From an uncultured bacterium (GTDB lineage: Bacteria > JAJVIF01 > JAPKYR01), in assembly GCA_965369865.1 (NCBI GenBank), contig CBDURU010000035.1:1-28801 (forward strand): a DNA stretch of 28,801 bases, given 5' to 3'. Numbering within the stretch: the first letter of the stretch is position 1; each line of letters starts with the position of its first letter. Of this stretch, positions 1-8,538 are shown piece after piece. The notes under the pieces are model-generated. The model ran no database searches, had not been told where the DNA came from, and saw only the letters and a program-made list of their open reading frames with translations. The position numbers and the translations under genes are program-made.

Positions 1-35
1 GACGCACTGCCGTGCTGTTCTACGGTTTGTCGTTT

Positions 36-1262
36 TTACATATCCGGCTGTTCTTCGTAGAATGGGTCTTTAGTAATTTTCATCAGGTTCTCGCCGTCAA
101 TTGTCATATAAAACAATGCCTCATCGTCATGGCCGTCACCCGAGAAATCCCATCTCTTGCTGACCATCACGATCCATTCCCCGTCATCACTTATGGTCGG
201 GAAAGTGTCGGCGAACCTGTTCATCGTGATCTGACGCTCGTTCGAGCCGTCCCGGTCGCATGCAAACAGTTCTATCAGTTCCTCTGTCTGCGGCGTGATG
301 CCAAGTAATTTTTCATAAACTATTACCGATCCATCGTAATCGATTGCCGGGAAGTATTCGGGAATATCGGAGTTCGTCAGGTTGACAGTAAACTCTCCCA
401 TGACATCATAGAGGTAGATATCCATTTCGCCGTCCAGGCGGGAGTTGTACACAACGTAATTCCCATCGCCTGAAATTTTTGGAATTGCATTTTTCAATCG
501 GATTTCAGCTATTACAATACCGTTATTCGCATCTCCGTCCGCGAGGATCATAATCGGATTCTCAGGATTTGACTTGGTTGCGGAAACATATACCATCCTG
601 CCGCCGTCGGCTGATATACTCACACCATAATCTGTTTCATTGTTATAAGTCAGCCTGACCGGTTCCGCGTATCCATCCTCCCAGAACTTAACCATGTCGA
701 TATAATAAATTTCAGTATTTTTTGTAAACGGATTTGGATTGTTCGGATCGTCATCCCGGTCGCTGATAAAATAAACCCTCGAGCCATCCGATGTGATCGC
801 GGGGAAGCTTTCAACGGAATCCCAAGTCGTAAGCCGGGTGATGTTATAGCCGGTCTCATCGATCAGGTAAATATCGCTGTTGTCCTCCTCCTCAATATTC
901 GAACGAATGACAATGTCGAATCCCGGTCCCGGAACCAACGATTCTTCATAGGTTCCTTCCCCAACCGGATCATCTTCGGATTGGTATACATCATCCCTCA
1001 GGAGAGCAACGAGGTCCTCGACGTTTTTTATGCCGGTATCGTCTCCTATCGGAATTACAATATCCTCACCACCGACGGTTGATACCGCGCCGACAGGCGC
1101 ACCTTCAGGAACCGGGCCGATATTTGTGGTTCCGAGTGGCATTAACTTGCAACTTCCGGTTTTCACGAAAATCGCTATCGCGATGATAATTACTACAAAA
1201 AGGACCGGAAATAACCAGAATAGCTCGTCACGTTCCTGTTTTGGCTTGTTTGTCTCGTCCAT
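36..1262 (-). CDS. Membrane-anchored TolB-like beta-propeller protein (PD40 repeats)
   Basis: 408-aa ORF with an N-terminal hydrophobic helix. Repeated 'P.I(S/T).DG..V.(F/Y).S.R' units (PAITSDGSRVYFISDR, PKISGDGNYVVYNSR, PTISDDGEWIVMVSKR). GAGGTG SD upstream. Confidence 0.8.
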   Translation of the reverse strand: MDETNKPKQERDELFWLFPVLFVVIIIAIAIFVKTGSCKLMPLGTTNIGPVPEGAPVGAVSTVGGEDIVIPIGDDTGIKNVEDLVALLRDDVYQSEDDPVGEGTYEESLVPGPGFDIVIRSNIEEEDNSDIYLIDETGYNITRLTTWDSVESFPAITSDGSRVYFISDRDDDPNNPNPFTKNTEIYYIDMVKFWEDGYAEPVRLTYNNETDYGVSISADGGRMVYVSATKSNPENPIMILADGDANNGIVIAEIRLKNAIPKISGDGNYVVYNSRLDGEMDIYLYDVMGEFTVNLTNSDIPEYFPAIDYDGSVIVYEKLLGITPQTEELIELFACDRDGSNERQITMNRFADTFPTISDDGEWIVMVSKRWDFSGDGHDDEALFYMTIDGENLMKITKDPFYEEQPDM

Positions 1263-1320
1263 AAATCATACACCTCATATAAGAGTGCCAATATCCGGAT
1301 TCATCCGGATTGTCAAAGGT

Positions 1321-2991
1321 TCACTGGTCCGACGGGGTTTTAGGCCCAATTCGGAACAACTTTAATATCTTCTCTTTCTCGTCGGGTTCGAACACCCCGA
1401 ACAGGAAGAGGAGTATAGAATAAGATAAAAAGTATAGCAAATACTCAAATACAATCCAGAATGATTTCAGGTTTAATAAGTAAATGAATGGTGCCGCGAT
1501 CAGGCATGCCGCGATTATTTTGACAATGTTCCAGATGCTGACAAAAGCCTGAAATTTCCTGTGAAGCCATAGCCCGAGTATTAATGTGCCAAGTAAACCA
1601 ATGATAATCTGTACCGCCGGACCCGCAAGCGCCCATCCGATTGGGGTTTCCGTGCTGAAAATATTTGTCGGCACTCCCGCCATCAAAAGCCATGTGAAGA
1701 AAAATGCGGCAATAAGTGCCGATATCAGGTGCTTGAACACATAATACGGGAAATTAATGGCAACCATAATTACGCAAATAGTCAGAAAAAATGTGTAACA
1801 GGTAGCCCCGTACACCATAAGCCCTAAAAATATCCATGCAAATGGAAATTTGTCACCGACCAGGATCGTGATTATTTCCTTCGACGTCCCGGACAACGCA
1901 AGCGACACCGGCAGTAGTATCAGGAAACAAGCTTTAGTTGCCTGGATTATCAGTTTCCTGACCTTGTCGAAATTTCCCTGTCCAAGATGGTAACTGATCG
2001 ATGGATAAATTGCCGGGTAAATCGAATGAAACAGAAGCGAAGGTATCACGGCGATGAGTCCGGCATACGCGTAGCTCCCGATAATCAGGTCAGGTTCCAT
2101 CCTGGGGTCTGTAATATTTTCGTGGCCCATCGCCGATGTAATAAATGCCTGTACGCTCCAGAGGTCGAGTTTCAGAAGCGTCGCGTAAATGAACATGCCG
2201 GCCATATTGGGGGCTATAAACGCTACGATCGTTTTTAGCATTTTCGGGTCTTCCCTGTAGCCCTCGTAGCCCCTGGTGTATTTGTCGCTGAAATAAAATC
2301 CGACGAAACTCGACAGTATGTTGGAAATCAGCGCGAGCGGAATCATCAACTCGATCCTGCCGGAGTTCGCGGCCCACAGTACGGCGCCAATGGTAAAGAC
2401 AGTCCGGCTCGCGTTGTACCAGATCACCGTGTACGACTCGCGTGTGAATCGCCTGAGCCCGTTCAGGACGCTCATCCGTATGTTGTACATAGCGTAGGCG
2501 GGGATATCTATCATCGCCAGCCCGAATAACAGGGCAAAAGTCAGGTTTTCCTTTAGATATAAAGTAATCAGCGGACTGAGGAGGATCGTCGCGGCAAAAA
2601 GAGCGAGGCTGAACCAGATCTGGATCTTGAATCCTTTCGTGAGAAAAAATCCGATAAACCGGAGATCCTCGGCGACCAGCTTGCTGATTGCCGACGGAAG
2701 CCCGTAATGGATCGCGATCTCGAATATGATCACGAAGCTCATTATGATCTGGAAGGTGGCGAAATTTCCGACCGGCATGATCCTCGGAAGGACGATATTC
2801 ATTGTTACGAAAGTACACGCCAGCCCGAATACCCGCGCGATGAGTATCACAAAAGCACCCCTTGCAATCGACTCCCCTTTGTCCATAATCGCTTTGAACC
2901 TGGGATCGTCGGCCTGAGCGCTCGAGTCCGACAGCGTCATTTTTTTAATTTCGTCGGATTCAAAACCGGATTTTGAGTTCTTTTCGTTCAC
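1321..2991 (-). CDS. MOP-superfamily oligosaccharide flippase / polysaccharide biosynthesis transporter (SpoVB/Wzx-like)
   Basis: 556 aa with about 14 hydrophobic segments. Typical N-terminus 'SIARGAFVILIARVFG' and 'GLPSAISKLVAE' motif. GTG start is uncertain. Confidence 0.8.
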   Translation of the reverse strand: MNEKNSKSGFESDEIKKMTLSDSSAQADDPRFKAIMDKGESIARGAFVILIARVFGLACTFVTMNIVLPRIMPVGNFATFQIIMSFVIIFEIAIHYGLPSAISKLVAEDLRFIGFFLTKGFKIQIWFSLALFAATILLSPLITLYLKENLTFALLFGLAMIDIPAYAMYNIRMSVLNGLRRFTRESYTVIWYNASRTVFTIGAVLWAANSGRIELMIPLALISNILSSFVGFYFSDKYTRGYEGYREDPKMLKTIVAFIAPNMAGMFIYATLLKLDLWSVQAFITSAMGHENITDPRMEPDLIIGSYAYAGLIAVIPSLLFHSIYPAIYPSISYHLGQGNFDKVRKLIIQATKACFLILLPVSLALSGTSKEIITILVGDKFPFAWIFLGLMVYGATCYTFFLTICVIMVAINFPYYVFKHLISALIAAFFFTWLLMAGVPTNIFSTETPIGWALAGPAVQIIIGLLGTLILGLWLHRKFQAFVSIWNIVKIIAACLIAAPFIYLLNLKSFWIVFEYLLYFLSYSILLFLFGVFEPDEKEKILKLFRIGPKTPSDQ

Positions 2992-3168
2992 CTTGCAGGA
3001 TTATCCAATCTACAAGAAAGCCCGATTCCAGTGATCGGACCATCAAATATTACAATCACGAGCATTGGAAGGCAAATGATCTACGTTCTTCCAATATAGA
3101 TATAGTTTTCAAAAACTTTATACAATTGCCTCTACATTTACCCACGATCGAAAATCATACTGGAAAAT

Positions 3169-3177
3169 TGATATAAT
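3169..3177 (+). promoter_or_regulatory. Extended -10 promoter (TGATATAAT) for adh
   Basis: TG-n-TATAAT about 50 nt upstream of the ATG at 3230. Confidence 0.45.
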
Positions 3178-3229
3178 TCCCTCTTAAACTGTAATTTATT
3201 TTTTAAAATTCTCACGTTGGCGAACTCTC

Positions 3230-4222
3230 ATGCGCGCGATGGTCCTCGAAAAACCCGGTCAACCTCTTGTATTGAAAGAAATGGCCGCTCCCAATCCTGC
3301 ACCTGGACAGGTTCTTATCAAGGTTCATGCGTGCGGTGTCTGCCGTACCGATCTCCATGTTGTCGACGGTGAGCTTACCGAACCGAAGCTGCCCCTTATT
3401 CCAGGGCACCAGATTGTAGGGTCGATAATTAAATCAGGTGAAAATGTTACAGGCCTCAAAATCGGCGATCGGGTAGGGGTACCCTGGCTCGGAGGAAGCT
3501 GCGGCAAGTGTAATTTCTGCCGTACAGGACAGGAAAATCTGTGCGATGAAGCTAAATATACCGGGTACCAGATCGACGGTGGTTTCGCGGAGATGACGGT
3601 CGCCGACGAGAATTTCGTTTTTCCGATCCCCGATGGTTACCCCGACCTCCAGGCCGCACCGCTTCTCTGTGCCGGGTTGATTGGATATCGATCTTATAGA
3701 TTCACCGGTGACGCACAAAAACTCGGGCTGTATGGTTTCGGTGCCGCGGCACATCTTATCGCACAGGTCGCTATCCATGACGGGAAGGAAATTTATGCAT
3801 TCACGCGCGATGGGGATACAAGCGCACAGGAATTCGCGAGGGAACTCGGTGCAGTATGGACCGGCGGTTCCTTCGATAAACCACCTGAACCCCTGGATGC
3901 CGCAATTATTTTCGCACCGGTCGGTGAACTCGTCCCGGCGGCCTTGAGGGTGATAACTAAAGGGGGGATTGTTGTTCTTGCGGGAATTCACATGAGCGAC
4001 ATTCCATCATTTCCATACAAGATCATCTGGGGTGAACGGTCAATTAAATCGGTGGCGAACCTTACACGAAAAGATGGCGAGGATTTTCTTAAAATCGCGC
4101 CTGAGGTGCCGGTGAAATCGCTGGTTAACCCATATCCGCTTGAGAAAGTCAACGAAGCTCTCGATGACCTTCGTGAAGGAAGATTCAACGGAGCTGCGGT
4201 TATTGTTGTCGATGAGAAATAA
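3230..4222 (+). CDS. Zinc-dependent alcohol dehydrogenase (MDR family, AdhP-like)
   Basis: CGVCRTDLH, PGHQIVG, structural Zn motif CGKCNFC...C, LLCAG, GLYGFGAAA nucleotide-binding loop. Confidence 0.93.
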   Translation: MRAMVLEKPGQPLVLKEMAAPNPAPGQVLIKVHACGVCRTDLHVVDGELTEPKLPLIPGHQIVGSIIKSGENVTGLKIGDRVGVPWLGGSCGKCNFCRTGQENLCDEAKYTGYQIDGGFAEMTVADENFVFPIPDGYPDLQAAPLLCAGLIGYRSYRFTGDAQKLGLYGFGAAAHLIAQVAIHDGKEIYAFTRDGDTSAQEFARELGAVWTGGSFDKPPEPLDAAIIFAPVGELVPAALRVITKGGIVVLAGIHMSDIPSFPYKIIWGERSIKSVANLTRKDGEDFLKIAPEVPVKSLVNPYPLEKVNEALDDLREGRFNGAAVIVVDEK

Positions 4223-4229
4223 AAAAACC
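4073..4229 (+). repeat. Direct repeat copy 1 (3' end of adh including stop), 157 bp
   Basis: Aligns without gaps to 5981..6137; 9 mismatches counted by hand (~94% identity). Confidence 0.95.
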
Positions 4230-4247
4230 AACGGTTTCATAGAAGAA

Positions 4248-4276
4248 TTGACTTCCCTTTTTTTTTTAATTATAAT
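4248..4276 (+). promoter_or_regulatory. Sigma70-type promoter TTGACT-17-TATAAT with a T10 tract in the spacer
   Basis: TTGACT 4248-4253, T10 at 4258-4267, TATAAT 4271-4276; AAGGAGG SD at 4297-4303 downstream. Confidence 0.75.
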
Positions 4277-4312
4277 AATCAGTGATTGGTTGTACAAAGG
4301 AGGAAAGTTACA

Positions 4313-4702
4313 GTGAAACCCTCAATAATTGCTCAAGTACTATTGATATTTATTGTGTTACTTTCCACCATCTCTGGATGCAAACCCAACCCAGAACCTG
4401 GGCAATTCGGCGGAGAAAAGACACCATGCGAAGAAGCAATTGAGAATGCTCGCGAGGATTGCGAATCGTATCTAGCACTGTGGGTGACTGAATGCTATTA
4501 TTTACAGTATCAAGACAAATGTATGTGCATTACTACTGTTCATCTAGCATGTCCAACTATTGAGAATGATGTAATCCCTCTTTGTGGTGGTTGCCCAGGA
4601 CAAGCTGAGGCCCGTGCCAGAGCTGGGAAGAGAAACAGAGAAAGAGAAACTATTGGTGACATTATTGAGAAATGGCGGGGGGGAAAGGTAGGGCCATTTT
4701 AA
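4313..4702 (+). CDS. Small cysteine-rich lipoprotein, hypothetical
   Basis: GTG at 4313 after an AAGGAGG SD; signal peptide with lipobox ISGC; 8 further Cys. Confidence 0.75.
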   Translation: MKPSIIAQVLLIFIVLLSTISGCKPNPEPGQFGGEKTPCEEAIENAREDCESYLALWVTECYYLQYQDKCMCITTVHLACPTIENDVIPLCGGCPGQAEARARAGKRNRERETIGDIIEKWRGGKVGPF

Positions 4703-4717
4703 AGGAGGAATCGAGAG

Positions 4718-5902
4718 ATGGATATGAAACACACACAAACAAGTTTATTACTGATCGCACTTTTTTTGGTATTATACGTTTCGACTGGTTGCAGCTCGAA
4801 TGCGCAACTGATTACAAGGAAAGCTCAAACTGATACAATTCCTCCTGTTTTTGTCAATCTTGTCTTTCCTGAGGAAGGCGCTTTTATCCCGGAAGGCGAG
4901 TTGCTGATAACCGGACAGTTAATTGAAGATGAGTCCGGCTATGATCCTGAGATGCCATTGTATCTTATTATCGATGTTCTGGGTGCACAGGGTCAGGTTT
5001 GGTCACATACGTTCAATGTAGCTGACTGCGAAAGCCCGGACCCGTCCTATTTTAATTTTGAAACGGGCGAGTTTCAAATTGAGTTCGATGCTTACAGGAG
5101 GCTTAAACCATACAATTTACATCTTCATCTATATGGTGTGGATGGCGTTGGTAATGTCAGTGCCCCGGTAGAAGCTCATGTGCAAGTTGGTGAGGTCCAG
5201 CTGGAACCTTCAGTTAGTTTATCAGCCGAGATTCATGAAGCTCGAATGGTCTATGGGGAGGATATGTTGTCCTGGTTAGACGCGTATCGAACCTGCCTTG
5301 CTGTTTATGTGAGTACATACATCCACGATATCCAGGTTATCGACTATCTGAAGCAATTTTTTACTGACACATACGTAAACAGCCCGGCTATGGATACATG
5401 GACTATACCCATGGACACTCTGGTGGATCAAATTACCGCACTTCCCCACGCAGATACTCGATATAAAGCAACTCTGGATTCAGCCATTCTGTTTTTTCAA
5501 TGGTATTTGGAGGAGGAGCAAGCGCAAGTTGCAGACCCATTCTACCTTGAGGAATTGCCGAAAGAACAGTTTCCGGAAAAAAGTGCCTTGATTGCATCCT
5601 GGTACGACCATGATTTCCTGATAGACATGAACGTGGATGAAATAACTGGGATTGTGACATGCCACATCAGCTTGAGCAGTCTTTTTTATATTAACTGTGA
5701 CCCCTGTGATTTATACAAATTTGCAGATTACACAATTGTGGCTGATCCTAATTCCCCGTTGTTTATTGCCGGCGTTATTGGCACCGAAGCGGTTCCGGAA
5801 ACTATTGTTCCCATAGTTCCTGAAGATTACGACCCCCCCCTCGTCCTGTTTAACCTTTTCAATGAAACAGGTGCCTGGCAAGACTTGTTGATAATCAGGT
5901 AA
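4718..5902 (+). CDS. Hypothetical lipoprotein with an N-terminal Ig-like domain
   Basis: AAGGAGG SD; lipobox STGC; 'DTIPP...D..GNVS' pattern typical of bacterial Ig-like domains; acidic. Confidence 0.75.
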   Translation: MDMKHTQTSLLLIALFLVLYVSTGCSSNAQLITRKAQTDTIPPVFVNLVFPEEGAFIPEGELLITGQLIEDESGYDPEMPLYLIIDVLGAQGQVWSHTFNVADCESPDPSYFNFETGEFQIEFDAYRRLKPYNLHLHLYGVDGVGNVSAPVEAHVQVGEVQLEPSVSLSAEIHEARMVYGEDMLSWLDAYRTCLAVYVSTYIHDIQVIDYLKQFFTDTYVNSPAMDTWTIPMDTLVDQITALPHADTRYKATLDSAILFFQWYLEEEQAQVADPFYLEELPKEQFPEKSALIASWYDHDFLIDMNVDEITGIVTCHISLSSLFYINCDPCDLYKFADYTIVADPNSPLFIAGVIGTEAVPETIVPIVPEDYDPPLVLFNLFNETGAWQDLLIIR

Positions 5903-5980
5903 TAACTTATTGGTGGGTCATAAACTCAAGCAAACTTGTTTTATAAAACAGAATATGGGGACAGAGTATAGCACCGGCAG

Positions 5981-6137
5981 GATGGCGAGGATTTTCTTAA
6001 AATCGCGCCTCGTGTACCGGTGAAATCGCTGGTTAATCCATATCCTCTTGAGAAAGTCAACGAAGCTCTCGATGACCTTCGCGAAGGGAGATTCAACGGA
6101 GCCGCGGTTATTGTTGTCGATGAGAAATAAAAAAACC
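5981..6137 (+). pseudogene. Direct repeat copy 2: orphan 3' fragment of adh (about 49 codons plus stop)
   Basis: Translates DGEDFLKIAPRVPVKSLVNPYPLEKVNEALDDLREGRFNGAAVIVVDEK*; the 5' part of the gene is absent. Confidence 0.9.
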
Positions 6138-6156
6138 CACCGGGAATGGTGGGCTT
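6129..6156 (-). terminator. Intrinsic terminator ending the metK-side transcript (possibly bidirectional)
   Basis: CCCACC/GGTGGG hairpin followed by T7 on the minus strand. Confidence 0.7.
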
Positions 6157-6185
6157 CAGGTTCTCTAATTTTCTTAATAATATTC

Positions 6186-6434
6186 TCAATCGGTGCCGAA
6201 AAACATTCGTTTTAACGGCTCATCAAAAGTCAATTCAACCTCAGGTAAAACATCGTTTTCGTGCGCGAAATTGAGAATAGTCTCGACTTGTTTCTTACCA
6301 TCAACGCGGGAGAGCTTTGCGGATTCGTAAATACCACGCCTGAGTTCTTCAACCCCCTCGTCCGTACGTCCGTCCTGAATCGCCAGCCGTGCTCTTGTCA
6401 GGCACGCATCAATACTTAAAGGTTTCTTGAGCAA
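6186..6434 (-). CDS. Hypothetical protein, 82 aa
   Basis: TTG start with purine-rich upstream sequence; protein-like composition; fills the gap between the upstream lipoprotein and the terminator. Confidence 0.55.
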   Translation of the reverse strand: MLKKPLSIDACLTRARLAIQDGRTDEGVEELRRGIYESAKLSRVDGKKQVETILNFAHENDVLPEVELTFDEPLKRMFFGTD

Positions 6435-6467
6435 TTTTAGAACCCTTCTCTCAATTTTGGTTATACA

Positions 6468-6773
6468 TCATGCGTCGTCTTTCTCTTTAGCTTCATCTTC
6501 ATCATCTTCATCGTCGTCACCATCATCTTCATCGACTTCACCGTTGTCGTCGTCACCATTATCATCTTCAACATCAGCAACATGATTGTCCGCGTCAGCA
6601 TCGGTATCGGTCACATCGGTATCAGTTTCGGTGTCGGTCACTTCGGTACCATTATCGGTGTCTTCAGGTGCGGGTGCACACCCGGTTACCGGACCGATAA
6701 GGAGAAGAACCAGAAGTCCCAGGGCGAGGAAAGTAAAGATTCGACTGGGCACAGATAGCATTTTGGGTATCAC
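6468..6773 (-). CDS. Small lipoprotein with a highly acidic low-complexity tail
   Basis: GGAGG SD at 6784-6780 and GTG at 6773; hydrophobic core and lipobox VTGC; D/E-rich mature part. Confidence 0.7.
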   Translation of the reverse strand: MIPKMLSVPSRIFTFLALGLLVLLLIGPVTGCAPAPEDTDNGTEVTDTETDTDVTDTDADADNHVADVEDDNGDDDNGEVDEDDGDDDEDDEDEAKEKDDA

Positions 6774-6849
6774 GTGGAGCCTCCAAACTTTTGTAGTTCG
6801 CACAAGGCTGTGCGACCGCTGTATAAGGTAGCTTGAATTATCCGGTAAA

Positions 6850-8052
6850 TCAAGTCTCTGCTTTGATTCCGGCTTCCTCGCGCAGGATATCCGCCTTGTC
6901 GGTCTTCTCCCATGGGAGGTCGAGGTCGAGGCGTCCAAAATGGCCATATGCCGCTATCTGCCTGTAAATGGGCCTTCTGAGGTCGAGGGTTTCGATGATG
7001 GCTGCGGGACGGAAATCGAAATGCCTGTTGATCAGCTCAAGGATTTTATCGTCCGAGACCAGACCGGTTCCGAATGTGTCAACATAGATGCTCAGCGGCT
7101 TGGCCTTACCGATCGCATATGCAAGCTGGATCTCACAATCGGTCGCCAGCCCCGCAGCGACGATATTTTTAGCAGCCCATCGTGCCGCATACGCTGCCGA
7201 TCGATCTACCTTCGTGCAGTCCTTGCCGCTGAATGCCCCGCCACCGTGGCGAGCATAGCCACCGTACGTATCCACAATAATTTTCCGGCCCGTTACACCG
7301 GAGTCACCCACAGGTCCCCCGATTACAAACCGTCCCGATGGATTGGTGAAAATCTCATAATCGTTTGAGAATTTTTCGGGAATAACCGGCTTGATGACCT
7401 CGGAGATCAGACCCTCCCTGATCTCTTCGTTGGATACATCGGGAGAATGTTGCGTGCTGAGGAGAATTGAATGAACCCTGGCGGGTTTCCTGTCAATGTA
7501 TTCCACGCAGACCTGGCTCTTCCCGTCGGGACGTATCCAGGGCAGGGTGCCGTTTTTGAAAACTTCTGCCATCCTTCTCGCAAGCCCATGCGCAAGGGAT
7601 ATTGGAAGAGGCATGAGCTCGGGAGTTTCGTTACAGGCATAGCCGAACATAAGACCCTGGTCCCCGGCCCCGAGAAGTTCATATGGATCGTCCTGGGAAC
7701 TATCTCGCACCTCAAGGGCAGTGGATACACCGCCATTGATGTCCGGAGACTGTTTGTCGAGTGCAATCAGAACACCGCATGTGTTCCCATCAAAGCCGTA
7801 CTCAGGATTGTCGTAACCAATGTCTTTGATTGTATTTCGGATAACCTGGCGGTAATCGAACTCAGCCTTGGTTGTAATTTCTCCCATCACAAGAATAAAA
7901 CCGGTACTCGTCGCGCATTCACATGCCACCCGGCTGAAAGGATCCTGTGTGACGCAAGCATCCAGTATTGCATCCGATACGTTGTCGCATAATTTATCGG
8001 GATGGCCGGCAGTGACCGACTCGGATGAAAAATAAAAATTATTTGGACTCAC
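6850..8052 (-). CDS. metK: S-adenosylmethionine synthetase
   Basis: [44 protein letters not shown] motifs; GGAGG SD. Confidence 0.99.
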   Translation of the reverse strand: MSPNNFYFSSESVTAGHPDKLCDNVSDAILDACVTQDPFSRVACECATSTGFILVMGEITTKAEFDYRQVIRNTIKDIGYDNPEYGFDGNTCGVLIALDKQSPDINGGVSTALEVRDSSQDDPYELLGAGDQGLMFGYACNETPELMPLPISLAHGLARRMAEVFKNGTLPWIRPDGKSQVCVEYIDRKPARVHSILLSTQHSPDVSNEEIREGLISEVIKPVIPEKFSNDYEIFTNPSGRFVIGGPVGDSGVTGRKIIVDTYGGYARHGGGAFSGKDCTKVDRSAAYAARWAAKNIVAAGLATDCEIQLAYAIGKAKPLSIYVDTFGTGLVSDDKILELINRHFDFRPAAIIETLDLRRPIYRQIAAYGHFGRLDLDLPWEKTDKADILREEAGIKAET

Positions 8053-8143
8053 TTATTTGTCCTCCGCTTCTGAAATTACTCAACCCCTGTCCCAGGGGTC
8101 AGGCACAATAATACCCGCGCAACGGTATGGCGGGCCCGTGCCT

Positions 8144-8265
8144 CTTTACTTATCTTTCCGAAGCCTCCAACTGACTTCGGCTGGATTTGGCACCTTACCC
8201 ATCTATCGATGTCAGGTTGCCGGGCGTTGTAGGGCCATTCCCTAGGCCGCTCTTGATAAGCAAAG
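8144..8265 (-). ncRNA. SAM-I (S-box) riboswitch aptamer
   Basis: Minus strand reads CUUUGCUUAUCAAGAG...GGGAAUGGCCC...CCGGCAACC...AAGGUGCCAAAUCC...GGAAAGAUAAGUAAAG, with an 11-bp P1, directly upstream of metK. Confidence 0.93.
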
Positions 8266-8280
8266 TAGTTGCTGATAGAA

Positions 8281-8309
8281 ATATTAAATGATGGTAAACC
8301 TTTTGTCAA
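8281..8309 (-). promoter_or_regulatory. Sigma70 promoter TTGACA-17-TAATAT for the riboswitch-metK transcript
   Basis: Perfect -35 and 17-nt spacer; predicted start about 10 nt before P1. Confidence 0.7.
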
Positions 8310-8413
8310 TTTATCCTGATAAATTTCTTAATCTACATTTGAGACTGAATCTTAGTTAGATTCACTTAAAATGATTATTATGGTTACGATATTGTTAATA
8401 TTCTTCTTTTTGA

Positions 8414-8422
8414 TGCTATAAT
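8414..8422 (+). promoter_or_regulatory. Extended -10 promoter TGCTATAAT for the large lipoprotein
   Basis: TG-n-TATAAT in an AT-rich intergenic region. Confidence 0.5.
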
Positions 8423-8538
8423 CCATAGTGAATTTGAGTATACAGGTGGGGAAAGAATTTTAAGTACGAGATCATTCGGTAAAAATAACCGGGATTAATC
8501 CTGGAATATAGTCGCATAAATTCGCAAGGAGATATCAA

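Larger units (their letters stand above)
4230..5980 (+). mobile_element. Putative integrated islet (two lipoprotein genes) flanked by the duplicated adh 3' end; no recombinase gene
   Basis: Bounded by the 157-bp direct repeat, has its own promoter, and carries only hypothetical lipoproteins. Confidence 0.6.

Noticed and set aside
1321..2991. Mosaic flippase (5' half looks more GC-rich than 3' half)
   Set aside because: Only spot-checked by eye and could reflect amino-acid composition; a GC3 sliding window would be needed.
4073..6137. Diversity-generating retroelement VR/TR pair
   Set aside because: Mismatches are not adenine-specific (C/T, G/T, G/C) and are mostly synonymous; no reverse transcriptase is in the window.
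6470..6670. Microsatellite or CRISPR-like repeat (TCA/TCG runs)
   Set aside because: Explained by Asp/Glu/Thr codons of the acidic lipoprotein; no repeat-spacer structure.
8057..8309. Small ORFs 8057..8245 and 8076..8309
   Set aside because: They overlap the SAM-I riboswitch and its promoter.
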